61,008 nt of DNA from Octopus sinensis. Its lineage: Eukaryota. The notes beneath the pieces are model-generated. The model ran no database searches. It was not told where the DNA came from and saw only the letters and a program-made list of their open reading frames with translations. Shown here piece after piece: positions 41,776-55,504 of the stretch. The position numbers and the translations under genes are program-made. Position 1 is the stretch's first letter, and each line of letters starts with the position of its first letter. The stretch covers positions 1-61,008 of the forward strand of contig NW_021835350.1 of assembly GCF_006345805.1 (NCBI RefSeq). Reading direction: 5' to 3'.

Positions 41776-42294
41776 CTTCCCTTTTATGGGACTGTCACAT
41801 TAAGTTGACAACACACTATCACTTTATCGTGCTGCTATTAAATAAATCTCTCTGAGAGATTTAGAAGTATATTATTTCTATTTTCAAAGCAATTACTAAT
41901 CTAATACCTCTTCGGATTATATCGGTGGAACCCTTCCTTCGTTCCTAAAGCAATAATAGAAGAACTGAATTGAGATTGATCAGATTAACAGAAATCAGTC
42001 TCTAATAGTATTTTTCCATTCAAAATTATAGAAACGCTCTTACAGTCCTTCCTTCGTTAAGGAATTGGAAGATCCTTACAATGAAAGCTCCGGCTTCTTG
42101 CTTTTTTATAGTTTTCTTATATTTATTTATTTATATATTTTACTATTTCAAGCGATAAAAAAATTTGAATTTCAAATAAAACTCTTTGTTGTGGTTTTAA
42201 ATTGGGTCATTAAGCAATGTCATTCTTTTTATCTGTTGAAACCACAATACAAAACACCAAAACACCGTTATAGTGCTTTTTCTCCCTCGCTTCA

Positions 42295-42678
42295 ACCCTA
42301 TTTTATCATCATCGTCATCGCCGTCATCATCATCAGTAGAAGCAGCAGTAGCAGTAGCAGCAGCCACTTTATAACAATGATATTCGGGCACAAAGCCACC
42401 AACACCATTAACCGGTCACCATCGTCGACATCGTCAGTCTCTGCAACACCATAACCGTCATGGTTGCCATCGTTATTACCCATCACCGCCGACAACTCCA
42501 TCAACGCCATCATCGCTCTCCACCAATCGTCTGCCGTCGGCTCCATAAATGGTTCCGTCAAAAGCCACCAATGGAAGTATTACTAGCAATTTCATCATCA
42601 ACATCACCACCGCCACAAGCAACACTACTACCACCAACAACAACACCAACACGAAACTATTCTTCATCATCGTCATCG

Positions 42679-42717
<39 letters not shown>

Positions 42718-42868
42718 CCATCATCATCATCATTATCATCATCATCATCATCATCACCGACGTCATCGTCGTCGTCATTATCGTCATCAGAAGCAGCATT
42801 ATCACTTGCTGTTATCACCGAACTGCAACCGCAATAACAACCATTACTAACAATAACGCTATCGGTAA

Positions 42869-42909
<41 letters not shown>

Positions 42910-43094
42910 TACTACAACGACTACTACTACTACTACTACAACCAATGTAATAATTTCTTCCAGTACAACTTCTCTTCGCTGTCATAGCCATTGCTCTCGC
43001 TCTCAATACAAACCGTACTACTACCAATACAACTAGTACTATTGTCCCAACTACTACAAACGGCAGTGAAAACATCACTGCAGTTACTACTACA

Positions 43095-43127
<33 letters not shown>

Positions 43128-43687
43128 GTTGCTGCTGCTGCTGCTGCTACTACTGCTACTACTACTACTACTACTACAACCATGACTCCTGGATTTATAA
43201 CACCAAAACTAGCGCCTCTACTGCAATTCTTAGGATCAAAGATCGTAACCACTACTTGTCCAACTATAGCCTATACTGCTACGAGAGCTGCTACACTGCA
43301 ACAGCTCAACCGCAGCCAGCATCATCGACATTATCATCATGCCGTCACCATCATTATAGTCATCATCATCGTCGTCATCATCATCAACAGCAGCAACAAC
43401 AACGTCGTTGTCATCGTCCTCGTCATTGACATTATAATTATAAACAACAATAACAGCAACAACAACCACAAACGAAACGAGAACGGACATCAGCAAAGAG
43501 AGCAAGGAAATAAATAACAGAACGGTGCTTATGAGAGAGTTAATGACAGCGGCAACAACTAAAACGATTTGGGTTGTCCTGACAAATTGGTGATTTAATG
43601 ATACCTCAAATGTGCAATTTCACATGTTTAAAAAAAAGTATAATAATAATAATAATGATGATGATGATGATGATGATGATGCTGATG

Positions 43688-43723
<36 letters not shown>

Positions 43724-43941
43724 TAATAATAATAGTAATAATAATAATAATAATAGTAATAGTAATAATAATAATAATAATAGTAATAGTAATAATAATA
43801 ATAATAATAGTAATAGTAATAATAATACCTGCGAATTTGCGTGTGTAATCTGGGAATGCATACAATGAGCTTCTCTGCCCTCGGTGTACGGAAAACACTC
43901 GGCGAGAAATGGAAGAAAATTTGAAGAAAGAAAGAAAAATA

Positions 43942-44027
<86 letters not shown>

Positions 44028-44060
44028 CAACAACAACAATAATAATAACAATAATAATTT
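42295..44060. repeat. Mosaic trinucleotide microsatellite field: CAT, ACT, AAC, CAG, AAT, GAT
   Basis: Direct reading. Confidence 0.92.
43829..43897 (-). CDS. Candidate exon between microsatellites
   Basis: GCAG|GTATTA donor; long pyrimidine tract but atypical GAG acceptor; 69 nt, open in all three frames. Confidence 0.25.
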
Positions 44061-44730
44061 TTAATGGAATGAAATTAAATATAAAACAAAATGATATATA
44101 TAAAAAAAAATGTTGCTTTTCCAAGCATGGCCTCCACCCCCATCTAGCATTCCGTTCCTAATCTGCACTTCTCATCTAATACTGTTAGACAAAGAGAATT
44201 AAATACAAAAACATTTGTGCAAAACAAAGTATTAAAAACTAAGGGAAAACACCAAAAATTGAAGGTAAAGAAATAATTTTTTTTTTTTAAATAAAAGCTA
44301 AAATTACTGAGGAATGAGAGGTGGGTTTCTCTTTAAATGAAAAAGAGGGCATAGGAAAGAGAAGAACGAGAGTAAGAGGAAGAAAGATCGTATGTGAGAG
44401 AGGGGAAAAAAGCAGGAAAGAGGATATCACTTAGGGAGTAGAAAAAACTTGTATCTGATTTGAACATGTATATGTGAATGTGGATTTAAGCCTATTTAAA
44501 CATGGGAAATATACGTCGTGCGAAAAAACGTTGTGCGAATCTGCGTTGTGCGAATATACGTTGTGGGAGTACATCTGTATACACACGTAGAAATGCCTGC
44601 ACACACTCACACACACACAGACACACACACACACACACACACATGTATATATATTCATCTTGTGATGAAGGTTTTCGATCTGAAGCGGATGTATATGTTT
44701 GAATATTGCTTACGGTAAATCATGATATAT

Positions 44731-44901
<171 letters not shown>

Positions 44902-45059
44902 GCGATCGGGGTGTATGTGCGCGTATGAATGTGAGTATCTGTGTGTATATGTATACTCGCGTATATATTAATGTGGGTAGAAATGTAATCAGCGCGATGT
45001 GGTAGACAGCGGTTTGAGGCAGACGAAATTGAGGAAAGAGAGCTGAACAGATTGACAGA

Positions 45060-45098
<39 letters not shown>

Positions 45099-45456
45099 AA
45101 TAAGAGTTTTATTTGAAATTCAAATATTTTTATCGCTTGAAATAGTAAAATATATAAATAAATAAATATAAGAAAACTATATAAGAGGACGGGAGACACA
45201 GATGTGGGGGGGGGGCGTTTCAATTGAAGAGCAACGACCTTAATTCCTAAACAAATACTAACAAGTACATATAAATTAAGAACACAAAAACTTCCACAAA
45301 AGGTATTAGTACCATCAGTTTTTCACACTACTACTACTACTACTGCTGCTGCTGCTATGAATATGCGGTACTGTTGAAGGTAGAAAGCAAAGGAGGTTGC
45401 GAGACATCATTTATTGAGCAGAAAACTCAATTGAAAATTCGATGCGTCAAGAAAGA

Positions 45457-45523
45457 AAAATGGCGTTTGATTGGTCGTAACTTTTAAAAATGCAGACGTG
45501 ATGCATTGCTGCTGCTTATAAAG
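45457..45523. promoter_or_regulatory. Promoter-like motif cluster: YY1-like AAAATGGCG, CCAAT box, TATAAAG
   Basis: Motifs at 45457-45465, 45468-45476 and 45517-45523; short motifs only. Confidence 0.2.
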
Positions 45524-45587
45524 CTGCACTTAACGAAACTTGTATTTGCATTTGTTTTATTTGAATAAATAAGTGTGTGTGTTTGTG

Positions 45588-45618
<31 letters not shown>

Positions 45619-45620
<2 letters not shown>

Positions 45621-45886
45621 TGTTTGTGATTAACGTTTTTTTTCATGTATGTGTGTGTATGCTTCAGTGTGAGATTGACTGCGCTTAGGAGGCTGCAAGA
45701 TTGCATCAACGTATGATCGTGTGTCCCTGAGAGTTTGTGTGTGTGTGTATGGTGTGTTTGTGATTAACGTTTTTTTTTCATGTATGTGTGTGTATGCTTC
45801 AGTGTGAGATTGACTGCGCTTAGGAGGCTGCAAGATTGCATCAACGTATGATCGTGTGTCCCTGAGAGTTTGTGTGTGTGTGTATG
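45619..45886. repeat. Tandem duplication with ~134-bp period
   Basis: Two near-identical units containing gattgactgcgcttaggaggctgcaag. Confidence 0.92.
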
Positions 45887-46352
45887 AGTGTCTTTTTTGT
45901 GGTTGTGTGTGTCAACTATTTCTTGAAGTATTGTATTGTATGTATGTGTGTATGTTTCTGTGCCTCCGTGTGCTTGTATGTGTCAACTCTTTGTTCCTTG
46001 AAGTATATGCATGTTTGCGCGTATATGTGTGAGCGTGATTGCGTGTGTGTGTGTTTGTGCGTGTGTGTCTGTGTGAATGAGCGATTGCGTATTTAAGAGG
46101 CCGCATGCTTGCATCAACAAACTGCGTGCCTGTGTTTTTATGTGTGACATTAAATGGTTGTTTCGAAGCATGTGAGCCTGTGCTATTAAGTAGCTGGTAG
46201 CTGCACGTCTAAGCGAGCGTTTGTATAGACATGTATGTTTGCTGGTGCGCGTGTATGAGTCTGTATGCCTAAGATTGTGTCACTAAGTGACTACAAGTCT
46301 CGTGAAATGCATGTGTATATGGTATGTATGTATATCTATCTATCTCTCTCTC

Positions 46353-46390
<38 letters not shown>

Positions 46391-46573
46391 TATTGGATGT
46401 AGGTCTGTTATGTATGTATGCATCCATCTGCCACCAAGTAGCTGTAGGTATATATGTATATCTCCACGTACATGTGCGTGTATATATGTGTGTATATGTG
46501 TGTATATGTATGCGTATATATGTATAGATATTTATCTGTACACACACACATATATATATATACATACATATAC

Positions 46574-46625
<52 letters not shown>

Positions 46626-47199
46626 ATATATGTATGTATGTATGTGTGTGTGTGTATTTCTAAGTGTATACACATGCACGCTTGCATGCTAAGTATGAAC
46701 GTTTGTGTGTGCGCATTTATGTGCCTGTACTGCTCTGTCCATGATTTTGTGACTCTAAAACGCTTGCGAGTATGCTTCGTTATGTACGTGTGTATGAATA
46801 TGTTTGCGTATGTGTGCGGGTGTGCTTAAGTGGTTTTGATCAATGTATGTGTACCTATATGTTCGTTTACTTCTTGTAGTCTATAAACGAGGTTATTTCT
46901 GCATGTGTATGTTTGTCTGCGAGTGTTTCGATAAACATAATGTAGACGTGTTGTTTGTAGTAAAACGCCAGTGTTGCATATTTTGTAGTTTCGCTAAAGC
47001 ATTTCAGTTACACTTAAATGCATAGCCACATGAATGGATGTGTGATTAAGGGACTTCCATCACATGTGGTGATCAACTTCCTGTAGTTTCTCTTTTGTGA
47101 AAAACCGATGCAGAAACTGCTGTTACAAACAAATATACAAGTATATATATATTATTATATATATATATATAGCTATATATACATAGTCACCAGATAGAT

Positions 47200-47375
47200 C
47201 GTTAGCCACTACAAACAGGTATTTCTCCTTGTTTCTTATCCTTGTTTTTTTTTGTGTCCATTCTGTAGAAGAGCGTAGGGTCGAACGTAAAGAGACTTTT
47301 TCTATTCCTATATAATGACATCTGTTTGTTTCTTACACCACATGTCTTGTCTTTTGTTTTTTTATGTATGAAAGT
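47200..47375 (+). mobile_element. Short element with a decayed hammerhead-like motif, ending in (TA)n
   Basis: CTGTAGA-A-GAGC-gtag-GGTC-GAACGTA at 47263-47289, similar to the 55270 motif. Confidence 0.5.
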
Positions 47376-47471
47376 ATATATATATATACATATATATATA
47401 CATGCACACTACACCACACACATCACACACATATTATTGTTATTGTTACTTCCCAGACCTCTCAGTCTTAC

Positions 47472-47530
47472 TCGTTGGTTTTGTGGGAGCGGACAGAAGC
47501 CTTTTGTCAGCAGACACACTGGGTCTCATT
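47472..47530 (-). CDS. Candidate internal coding exon, 59 nt
   Basis: tatcatttgcag acceptor and GTAAGA donor; only one open frame, MRPSVSADKRLLSAPTKPT. Confidence 0.35.
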
Positions 47531-48351
47531 CTGCAAATGATAAGCTTTGGAACTGGATGTTAACTTATCGTGGAAGACCCAAAACCCAAGCACCAAACCG
47601 AAGTTCTTTAAATAGTTAATCTGCGTCTCACGTCACCATTCAAACGATTGAAAATAGCCAAGATTAGACTATAAGCAGAAAAAAATATTTTTAATCATAT
47701 CGAAATGAGATTAGTTAATGAGATTTCATTGTTGTTTATAAACAAGCAATAAAACGCGTCACACGTCCTCCATTCAATTGCTGGACGCACCCCAGGGGCC
47801 TCGTGTCATAGATTTGTGGCAGCTTTAAAGACTTTCTCCTGTCTTGCCACTTAACTTGCCAAATTCAATTAAGTGTTCCTAGTGTGCCTTTTGCAATGCA
47901 TGCATGTATACACATGTTGTGCGTATATGCTGTATGACTGTAGTGGTTATATATTTTCAGTATTATATGGAAAGCACGCAAAACCAATGACAGTGGCTTA
48001 TCTTAGTGCAATTCAATGATAATTGAATGCGCTGCTTTCTAATATTTTTCCATATTTTGGTGTATGACAAAAACATTATATGGAAATCGTACCATTTTAG
48101 CTCTTTGATAGCAATTGAAGTATATGCAAAAGTTCCCGAATTCTGATCATTTGGTTCAACATTGAAAAAGGCTATAACAAAATAGGTACTTCTCCGAGAG
48201 ACAAAGATCACAGCTTTCAGTGCTATTAACGTAAGGTACTGAACGTTCTATTACTAGTCATTCGACTTTACAATTTTTAAAATTGTCATGCTTTATTTCT
48301 ATAGTCTTGGTATGAAATATCTTTCTCGGAGCCTCAATATCTGAATAGATA

Positions 48352-48403
<52 letters not shown>

Positions 48404-48434
48404 ACACACACACACACACACATAACACACATAC

Positions 48435-48479
<45 letters not shown>

Positions 48480-48969
48480 AGACCGAGAGAGAGATAGCTA
48501 TATTATTTGTGTGTATATACACATATATATATATACGTACATGCATACTTATACATATATAAATATAGTGATATATATATGTATATACATGACGTATATG
48601 TATGTATATGCTGATAATGTATATATGTCTCTTTAAGTATGTACATATGTGGCAACGCGTATCTATCTGTGTTCATACGTGTGTGTGTGTGTGTGTATGT
48701 GTGTGTGTTGTGTGTGTGTTGTGGTTTGTTATGCGTGTGTTATGTGGAAGTATTTGTTTGCCTGCAAACAGGAACCTATCTTCAATAAGAAACTATTTAA
48801 ATCGACAAGAATGGGAATCTCTCATAATTTTCATTTGTTTACCATTCTACAAAGCTGATCAGATAATTTTCTTCTAATGTTAGCCTCAGAACTTCCTGTT
48901 CCACTTTCTGATTTTTTTCTTCTTTTTGTTTCTTTATCAATTTCTTATTCAGCTCTATAATCGTAAATA

Positions 48970-49028
48970 CTACTACAAGCTGCACAACCGTCATCGTCAT
49001 CATCTTCCTTCTCCTCTTCATCATCATT

Positions 49029-49082
<54 letters not shown>

Positions 49083-49083
49083 T
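48970..49083. repeat. (CAT)n microsatellite
   Basis: Direct reading. Confidence 0.95.
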
Positions 49084-49739
49084 TCTGTTACGTTGCAGTC
49101 TAATTCCTTGTGGATACTGGTTTTGTTTTAATACAGATAATCTCCATTTTGCTATTACACCAAGATATTAATCAATTGAAGTAAGTCTTTGCCGGAGAGA
49201 AATACCAAGCTAATTTATCCCACAACCTAGTTTCCATATTTTAATTATACTTATTTCACAAGATGTGGCATTCAAACTTTCCCCAATCGTACCTTCTACA
49301 TAAGATAAAGTTAATTTGTACGAAATTGTTTTATTCAATTAAATTTATACTTCTGGTGACAAAAAATATAATGAAACTTTATAATAACTCTTGTCATTAA
49401 AAGGAAGAGGGAAAACTCCTTGGTAGTTAGAGTGATAACTCTATACATATTTCAGTCTTATTAGGTCTCTTCAGCGATTAGTAATCATACAATATTTTTA
49501 CCAGGCATATTCCTATTCAATTTTTCTGTCTCGGTATGTGTATATAAAAAATATTATTCTATTTTATTAAGGGATGTATATTAAAATCTTTTACTATTTT
49601 TTCTCGTAGTGCATCAAACATATTAAATATATACAGATATAAGGAAATTATGATGTAATTTCATTTAGATTTAGCTTTTTTTTTCATCTTTGATAGATGT
49701 GTATGTATAAACATGAAAATATATAAATATAAATATGAA

Positions 49740-49779
<40 letters not shown>

Positions 49780-49899
49780 TTCATACATACATACAATATA
49801 TGTAGTATATATATATATATATATATACATAAATGTACGTAGAACTATCTATCTCTCTATCTATCTACTTATCTATCAATCTCTTCTCTCTCTCTTATA

Positions 49900-49932
49900 T
49901 AATATTATATAGATAGAGAGAGAGAGAGAGAG

Positions 49933-50005
<73 letters not shown>

Positions 50006-50036
50006 TGTACGCACGTTTGTGTGCATAGATATATAT

Positions 50037-50073
<37 letters not shown>

Positions 50074-50100
50074 TAGATAGATAGATAGATAGATAGAGAG

Positions 50101-50145
<45 letters not shown>

Positions 50146-50158
50146 GTGTGTACGCATT

Positions 50159-50229
<71 letters not shown>

Positions 50230-50230
50230 G
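49900..50230. repeat. (GATA)n/(GA)n/(TA)n compound microsatellite with internal duplication
   Basis: Direct reading. Confidence 0.95.
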
Positions 50231-51902
50231 TATATGTAGTATATGTTGTACAAAGTGTTTAATTTTAATATCGTAAAACACAGGTGACATTGGAAAATTG
50301 GAAATATATCATTGTAAATATGTTATACTTTAAAATATATAAAATAACTCACAGTACTGTTAGCTTTTGTAATAACAATATTGGTTTTAATATATTCTGA
50401 CTGAAGACAGAATATATATGCATTTCAGTTTAAGAGGAATATTGACAAAAGCGGGGTGGGTATGATATATATATTTCTATGTATTGGAAACAGAGAATAA
50501 AATTTATAAACAATAATATTTATAAATATATGTAAAAGTACGTCAGATGGTTATAAAATTATAAAATTATAATTGAAACTTAAGTTATCTAAATATCTGA
50601 AATGACGATAAGATAATATCTATGTTTATAAGAATTATTGAATATAATCCAATTTTATGAGGAGAGGTTAACTTAAGTGTGAGTATGAATGGCTAAACAT
50701 ATATATGATATTTGCTTTATTAGATAGAGTCTAAATGTGTCACAACTCATGATTAATTTTGATAACATGATATCTTTGAACTGCTTCAAAATGTATACTA
50801 TTTTAAACAAAGGGATGGTTTGTTGTAGAGAGGATATTAATAACTTAGCCGATAGTTTATAGCCATTAGTTTCAAATTTCTGCTTGTCTAGCAAACGCTT
50901 TTGTCTGATCTGAAACTGGTTGAAACGGAAGTATTTGCATCATGGACGATGCACTTAATAACTCATAAAGCTGTTAGGTTTTAAGTTTATTTGTTGAATT
51001 GTCAAAATATTCGCCACCATTGAGACTTCGTTGCTGACACAAACCCACAGTAGTAGAAATGTCGACACGTTGCGAAATAATTTAAGATTTAGAGTAAATG
51101 AAACCGGTTTAATAGTTGTAAACCTATAGTCTTTTACAATGATTTGTGGACTGGTTGCGAAATGATTGCTAAACTAAAGTTAACACTAAATCTGACATAA
51201 CTTTCTATGTTTACAGGTGTCTTGGGGAAATTTCAAATCTGGTTTATAAGCCCCAAAAATACACTCCAAAATTAGGTGTACGTTAGGGGTAGATTTTTGC
51301 AGTGAGTCAAAACTGTGAGATTTGTGTAAGTATTGTTAACATTAAAGGGGTTGTATTACTATAATTAGTTCTATAACAGGAAGGAGTCAATATACAAATG
51401 TAAACCTGTGAAGTAATTCAGTACAATCTTGTAATGGGAAAATGTATAATGGGATCTGCAGTGGCAGAGATGTAAGGTCATTTAGCGCGAGGCTTCACCT
51501 TATTGGAGTGAAATATCATTAAACAGCCTCAGTACACACATACATACAGTGATGACTACATAGATACATACATGCATACATATGAATGTATATTTGTATG
51601 CGTGCTGGGTATGTATGTGTTGTGTGTGTATACGTTACGTTATGTAGCTGAAAAGACGACAGATCTGATCCTGAGTAAAAGATGGAAACCATCGTGTCTT
51701 GGCAAAGGAGATACGTTTACCCTTAAACATCATATGTGTTATATCATGTGTAGATCATATCTTGGAATTGTTGAGGATTTTTACATGTATTAAATGAGCA
51801 ACATGTCATCAATTTAGGGTGCTGATTAAGAAGAAATATTTTGTACAAGAGGATTCCATAATTCCGTATTTTATAGTTGAGTTCTTTCTTTCAGGTTGTA
51901 TT

Positions 51903-52320
51903 TAACATTATTTACATTTAACGGATATTTGTCCTCATCTTGTTTGTTGTTAACACATATACCCTCCAGCCTTCATCAGGTGTCTTGGGGAAATTTCAAA
52001 CCTGGTTTATAAGCCCCCAAAATACACTCCATAATTACGCACGGGCATATGGCGTAGCGGTTAAGGGCGCGGGCTACTAACACCAAGATTTCGATTTCAA
52101 TTCCGGGCAGTGATTTGAATGATAAATAATAATAATAATAATAATAACATCGAAAAATACCTTAGGAATGAGAACCCAGGTTCGAAATGTCCCCAAGACA
52201 CCCAATGAAGGCTGGAGGGTATATCAGCCGAAACATTGTGTTAACAACAAACAAGTTGATGATAAATATGTCAAAGGTAAATAATGTAAATAAAGTACAT
52301 AATTCCTCATCTCTTAGATA
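51903..52320. mobile_element. Inverted-repeat element: hammerhead arm (minus) + tRNA-like head + (AAT)n + hammerhead arm (plus)
   Basis: Arms 51903-52005 and ~52175-52290; head 52043-52111 with A-box TGGCGTAGCGG and degenerate B-box. Confidence 0.8.
52198..52241 (+). ncRNA. Type-I hammerhead ribozyme motif with mutated core
   Basis: ACAC-CCAATGA-A-GGCTG/CAGCC-GAAAC-AT-T-GTGT; the mirror arm keeps canonical CTGATGA at 51973-51979 (minus) but lacks GAAAC. Confidence 0.65.
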
Positions 52321-52859
52321 TAGAATTGTATTTAACGATTCTTATTTTTTATGTATGACAGATGTATTGTTAGTTTCTAAACCATATTTGTATGCAGTAT
52401 CTTGAAACTTATATTTACGGTCTTGTGATCTGTTATTTGGATAAGCGAAGTTAAAAATGACATCCGGTGTTAAGAGTCTTCAAATTTAATTAGTATCAGG
52501 TAGAAGTAACTAAATACCGCAAGAGATAATTGCATACTGTAATATAATATTTTATGATATTATGGTACGAAGAAAAATGTTTGTTCAATAGATTAAGTAT
52601 ATTTTTGAAATTTGTCTATCTACAGTTTAGTTACAATGGAAGTATATAATACGATATTGTATTTCTTTTTCTCCTGTTTGTTCTATGTAAGATAGTTTCT
52701 AGAAATCGTGTTTTCTATTAAAATGCACTGACAATGTTGCTATCATTCTAATAAATATATTGTCATTAGAGATTTAACAGCTTCTATCTCAATAATAAAT
52801 CACCGAATTTCATGTATATTTTGTTTATTTACTGTCACAATAATATTATCGTTACATTT

Positions 52860-53282
52860 TAATATCTGCACTTGTTTCCTTGTTTCGGAAATTTCGACTG
52901 CGGCTATGTCGGCGCACCACCGCCACTTCAATGGTTGAGTCATACGAACCAACTGCAGTATTTCTTTTGCTTCTAAAGTTTGGTAATTATTCTACCGGCG
53001 TCTTATTCGGAAACTGTGAGTTACGGGGACGTGAACAAATCAACACCGGTTTAAGAGCGATGGGGAGGATGACCACACACAAACACATGCACACATAAAC
53101 ATATATATAAATATATGTATATATGAGTGGCTGCGTGGCAAGACGATTGCTTCCCAGCCACTTGGTCCCGTGTTCAGGTCCCACTGCGTGACCCCTTGGG
53201 CAAGTGTCTTCTACTAGAGACTCGGGCCGTCCGAAGCCTTGTGAGTGGATTTGGTAGACGGAAACTGAAAGAAGCCCGTCGT
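52860..53282. mobile_element. Family D tail (minus, 52860-53090) back-to-back with a family C head (plus, 53120-53282)
   Basis: gacccttgggcaagtgtcttctact...gacggaaactgaaagaagcccgtcg(TA)n; CORE-like ccttgggcaagt motif. Confidence 0.85.
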
Positions 53283-53290
53283 ATATATAT

Positions 53291-53344
<54 letters not shown>

Positions 53345-53399
53345 GAGAGAGAGAGAGACATATATATATGTGTGTGTGTGTGTGTATTTATATATAAAA

Positions 53400-53964
53400 A
53401 TACAAAAATGGGGCAAGAACACAAAACATCCAGGGAGTTAGGTGATACAAAAAATGGACAACAAACCATCCAGACAGACTATACAAAGAAAACAAGGACG
53501 GGTCATTCGGAGTTTTCTTTCCTCAATCGAGTTCCAGACTTTCTTTGCAATTTCGACTGGTTATAAACGAGATTGCTCCAATCTGGCCAGCCCCAAGAAA
53601 AACTAAGCTAGGAGCACTAGATTCCTCGGAAGAAAGCAGCGAATATATACGAAAACAAGCATGAAAGAAACGGAGAAATGGTACACAAATACAAATAACA
53701 GGACTTTAACAACAGGTCTCTTTTGACTAAGGACGAATTAAGTCAAGTTGGCGTGTGTCGAAGTAAAGCCTTACAGCGAGAACATACGATCTGACAAGTA
53801 TAGGGAGGAATATAGATGTTGCACCGATGGTAGTCGAACCAAGAAAGAAACGTCAGGCTTGTCCGAACACCGGGCACGTGGGGAGGGAAGAGAGAGAAGT
53901 AGAAGCAGTGGGATAGAAGAAGTAAGGAGGAGCGAGAGAAAAATGAAAGGGGTAGAGTGATGAT

Positions 53965-53965
<1 letters not shown>
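53400..53965. mobile_element. Unclassified interspersed repeat between microsatellites
   Basis: Non-simple block bounded by (TG/TA)n and (TATG)n; resembles an octopus repeat from memory; no coding motif. Confidence 0.4.
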
Positions 53966-53996
<31 letters not shown>

Positions 53997-54769
53997 TGTA
54001 TGTATTTATGTATGTAGGTATTTGTATGTCTTATAGGTCATGGGATTGATTTGTTCGACTAAAAGTGGTGCTCAAGCATGGCCGCAGTTAGAACCCAGTA
54101 AAGGATTCAGAAGATATATATGTGTATATAGATATTATATATATATATTAGATATATATATAATATATATGTTATATATATAATATATTTATATATATAT
54201 ATATATAATATTATATGACGGGCTTCCACGTGATTTGCGTCAGCCAAGTTCACTCACGAGGCATGGTTCGATCCGGGTGTATACTAGAACACACTCCAAG
54301 TGCCGTGAATGCAGTCATACCGAACAATTAAATAAGATACAAAAGTGAGATGTGTTGTACTTTTTGCATAGATTCTCAATGATTGATACTTGTAATGCGT
54401 TTCTATTCTTAACTGTCACATGCTCGACACACTTTTCACGTGACGCTACTACTTCGACGTCTCTTCACCTCTGACATTCAAGTTTTTAATTAACCTAAAT
54501 AACTTTAATTGCATCAAAATAATTCTAAACTCTGTTAAATGGCACTCCTTTACTTTTGAAGTCTGTCACCCAAAGCACGTGCACCGTATTTGAATTTCGT
54601 TCACGCATACACACACACAGACACACAGACACACACACACACACACACACACACACGTAGACACATATGTATATTAAATACTATATTTTCCCTCCTAATG
54701 TTGACAATTATTTCAGTAAGTAATCAGTTTAATAATATATGTATTTAATTATCTACCTATCTATAGTAG

Positions 54770-55130
54770 AGGTGCAATAGTTAGGGCAGCGGACCCGTGG
54801 TCGTATGATCGCGGTTTCGATTCCCAGACCGAGTGTTGTGAGTGTTTATTGAGCGAAAATAACTAAAGCTCCACAAGGCTCCGGCATGGGGTAGTGGCGA
54901 ACCCTGGTGTGCTCTTTGACCATGACTTTCTTACACTCCGTCTTCTTGTTTCTGTTGTACCCGTATTTCAAAGGGACCAGCCTTGTCACACTCCGTGTCA
55001 CGCTGAATCTCCCTGAGAACTACGTTAAGGGTACACATGTCTGTGGAGTACAAGTTAATTTCACGAGCAGGTTGTTCCGCTGATCTGATCAACTGGAACC
55101 CGTGTCGTCGTAACCGACAGAGTGCCACCG
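54770..55130 (+). mobile_element. Family A SINE, near full length and diverged
   Basis: Colinear with 6252-6630. Confidence 0.9.
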
Positions 55131-55199
55131 CCTATCTATGTATTTATCTATCTGTCTACCTATCTAATCTGTCTATCCATCTACATATATATAATATAT

Positions 55200-55504
<305 letters not shown>

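Noticed and set aside
42460-43517. Mucin-like or Ser/Thr-rich ORFs
   Set aside because: Mosaic trinucleotide repeats open in many frames; no signal peptide or domain
53480-53600. Possible hammerhead in the 53400 repeat (minus TTGAGGA...GAAT)
   Set aside because: Could not be folded into the required three-stem topology
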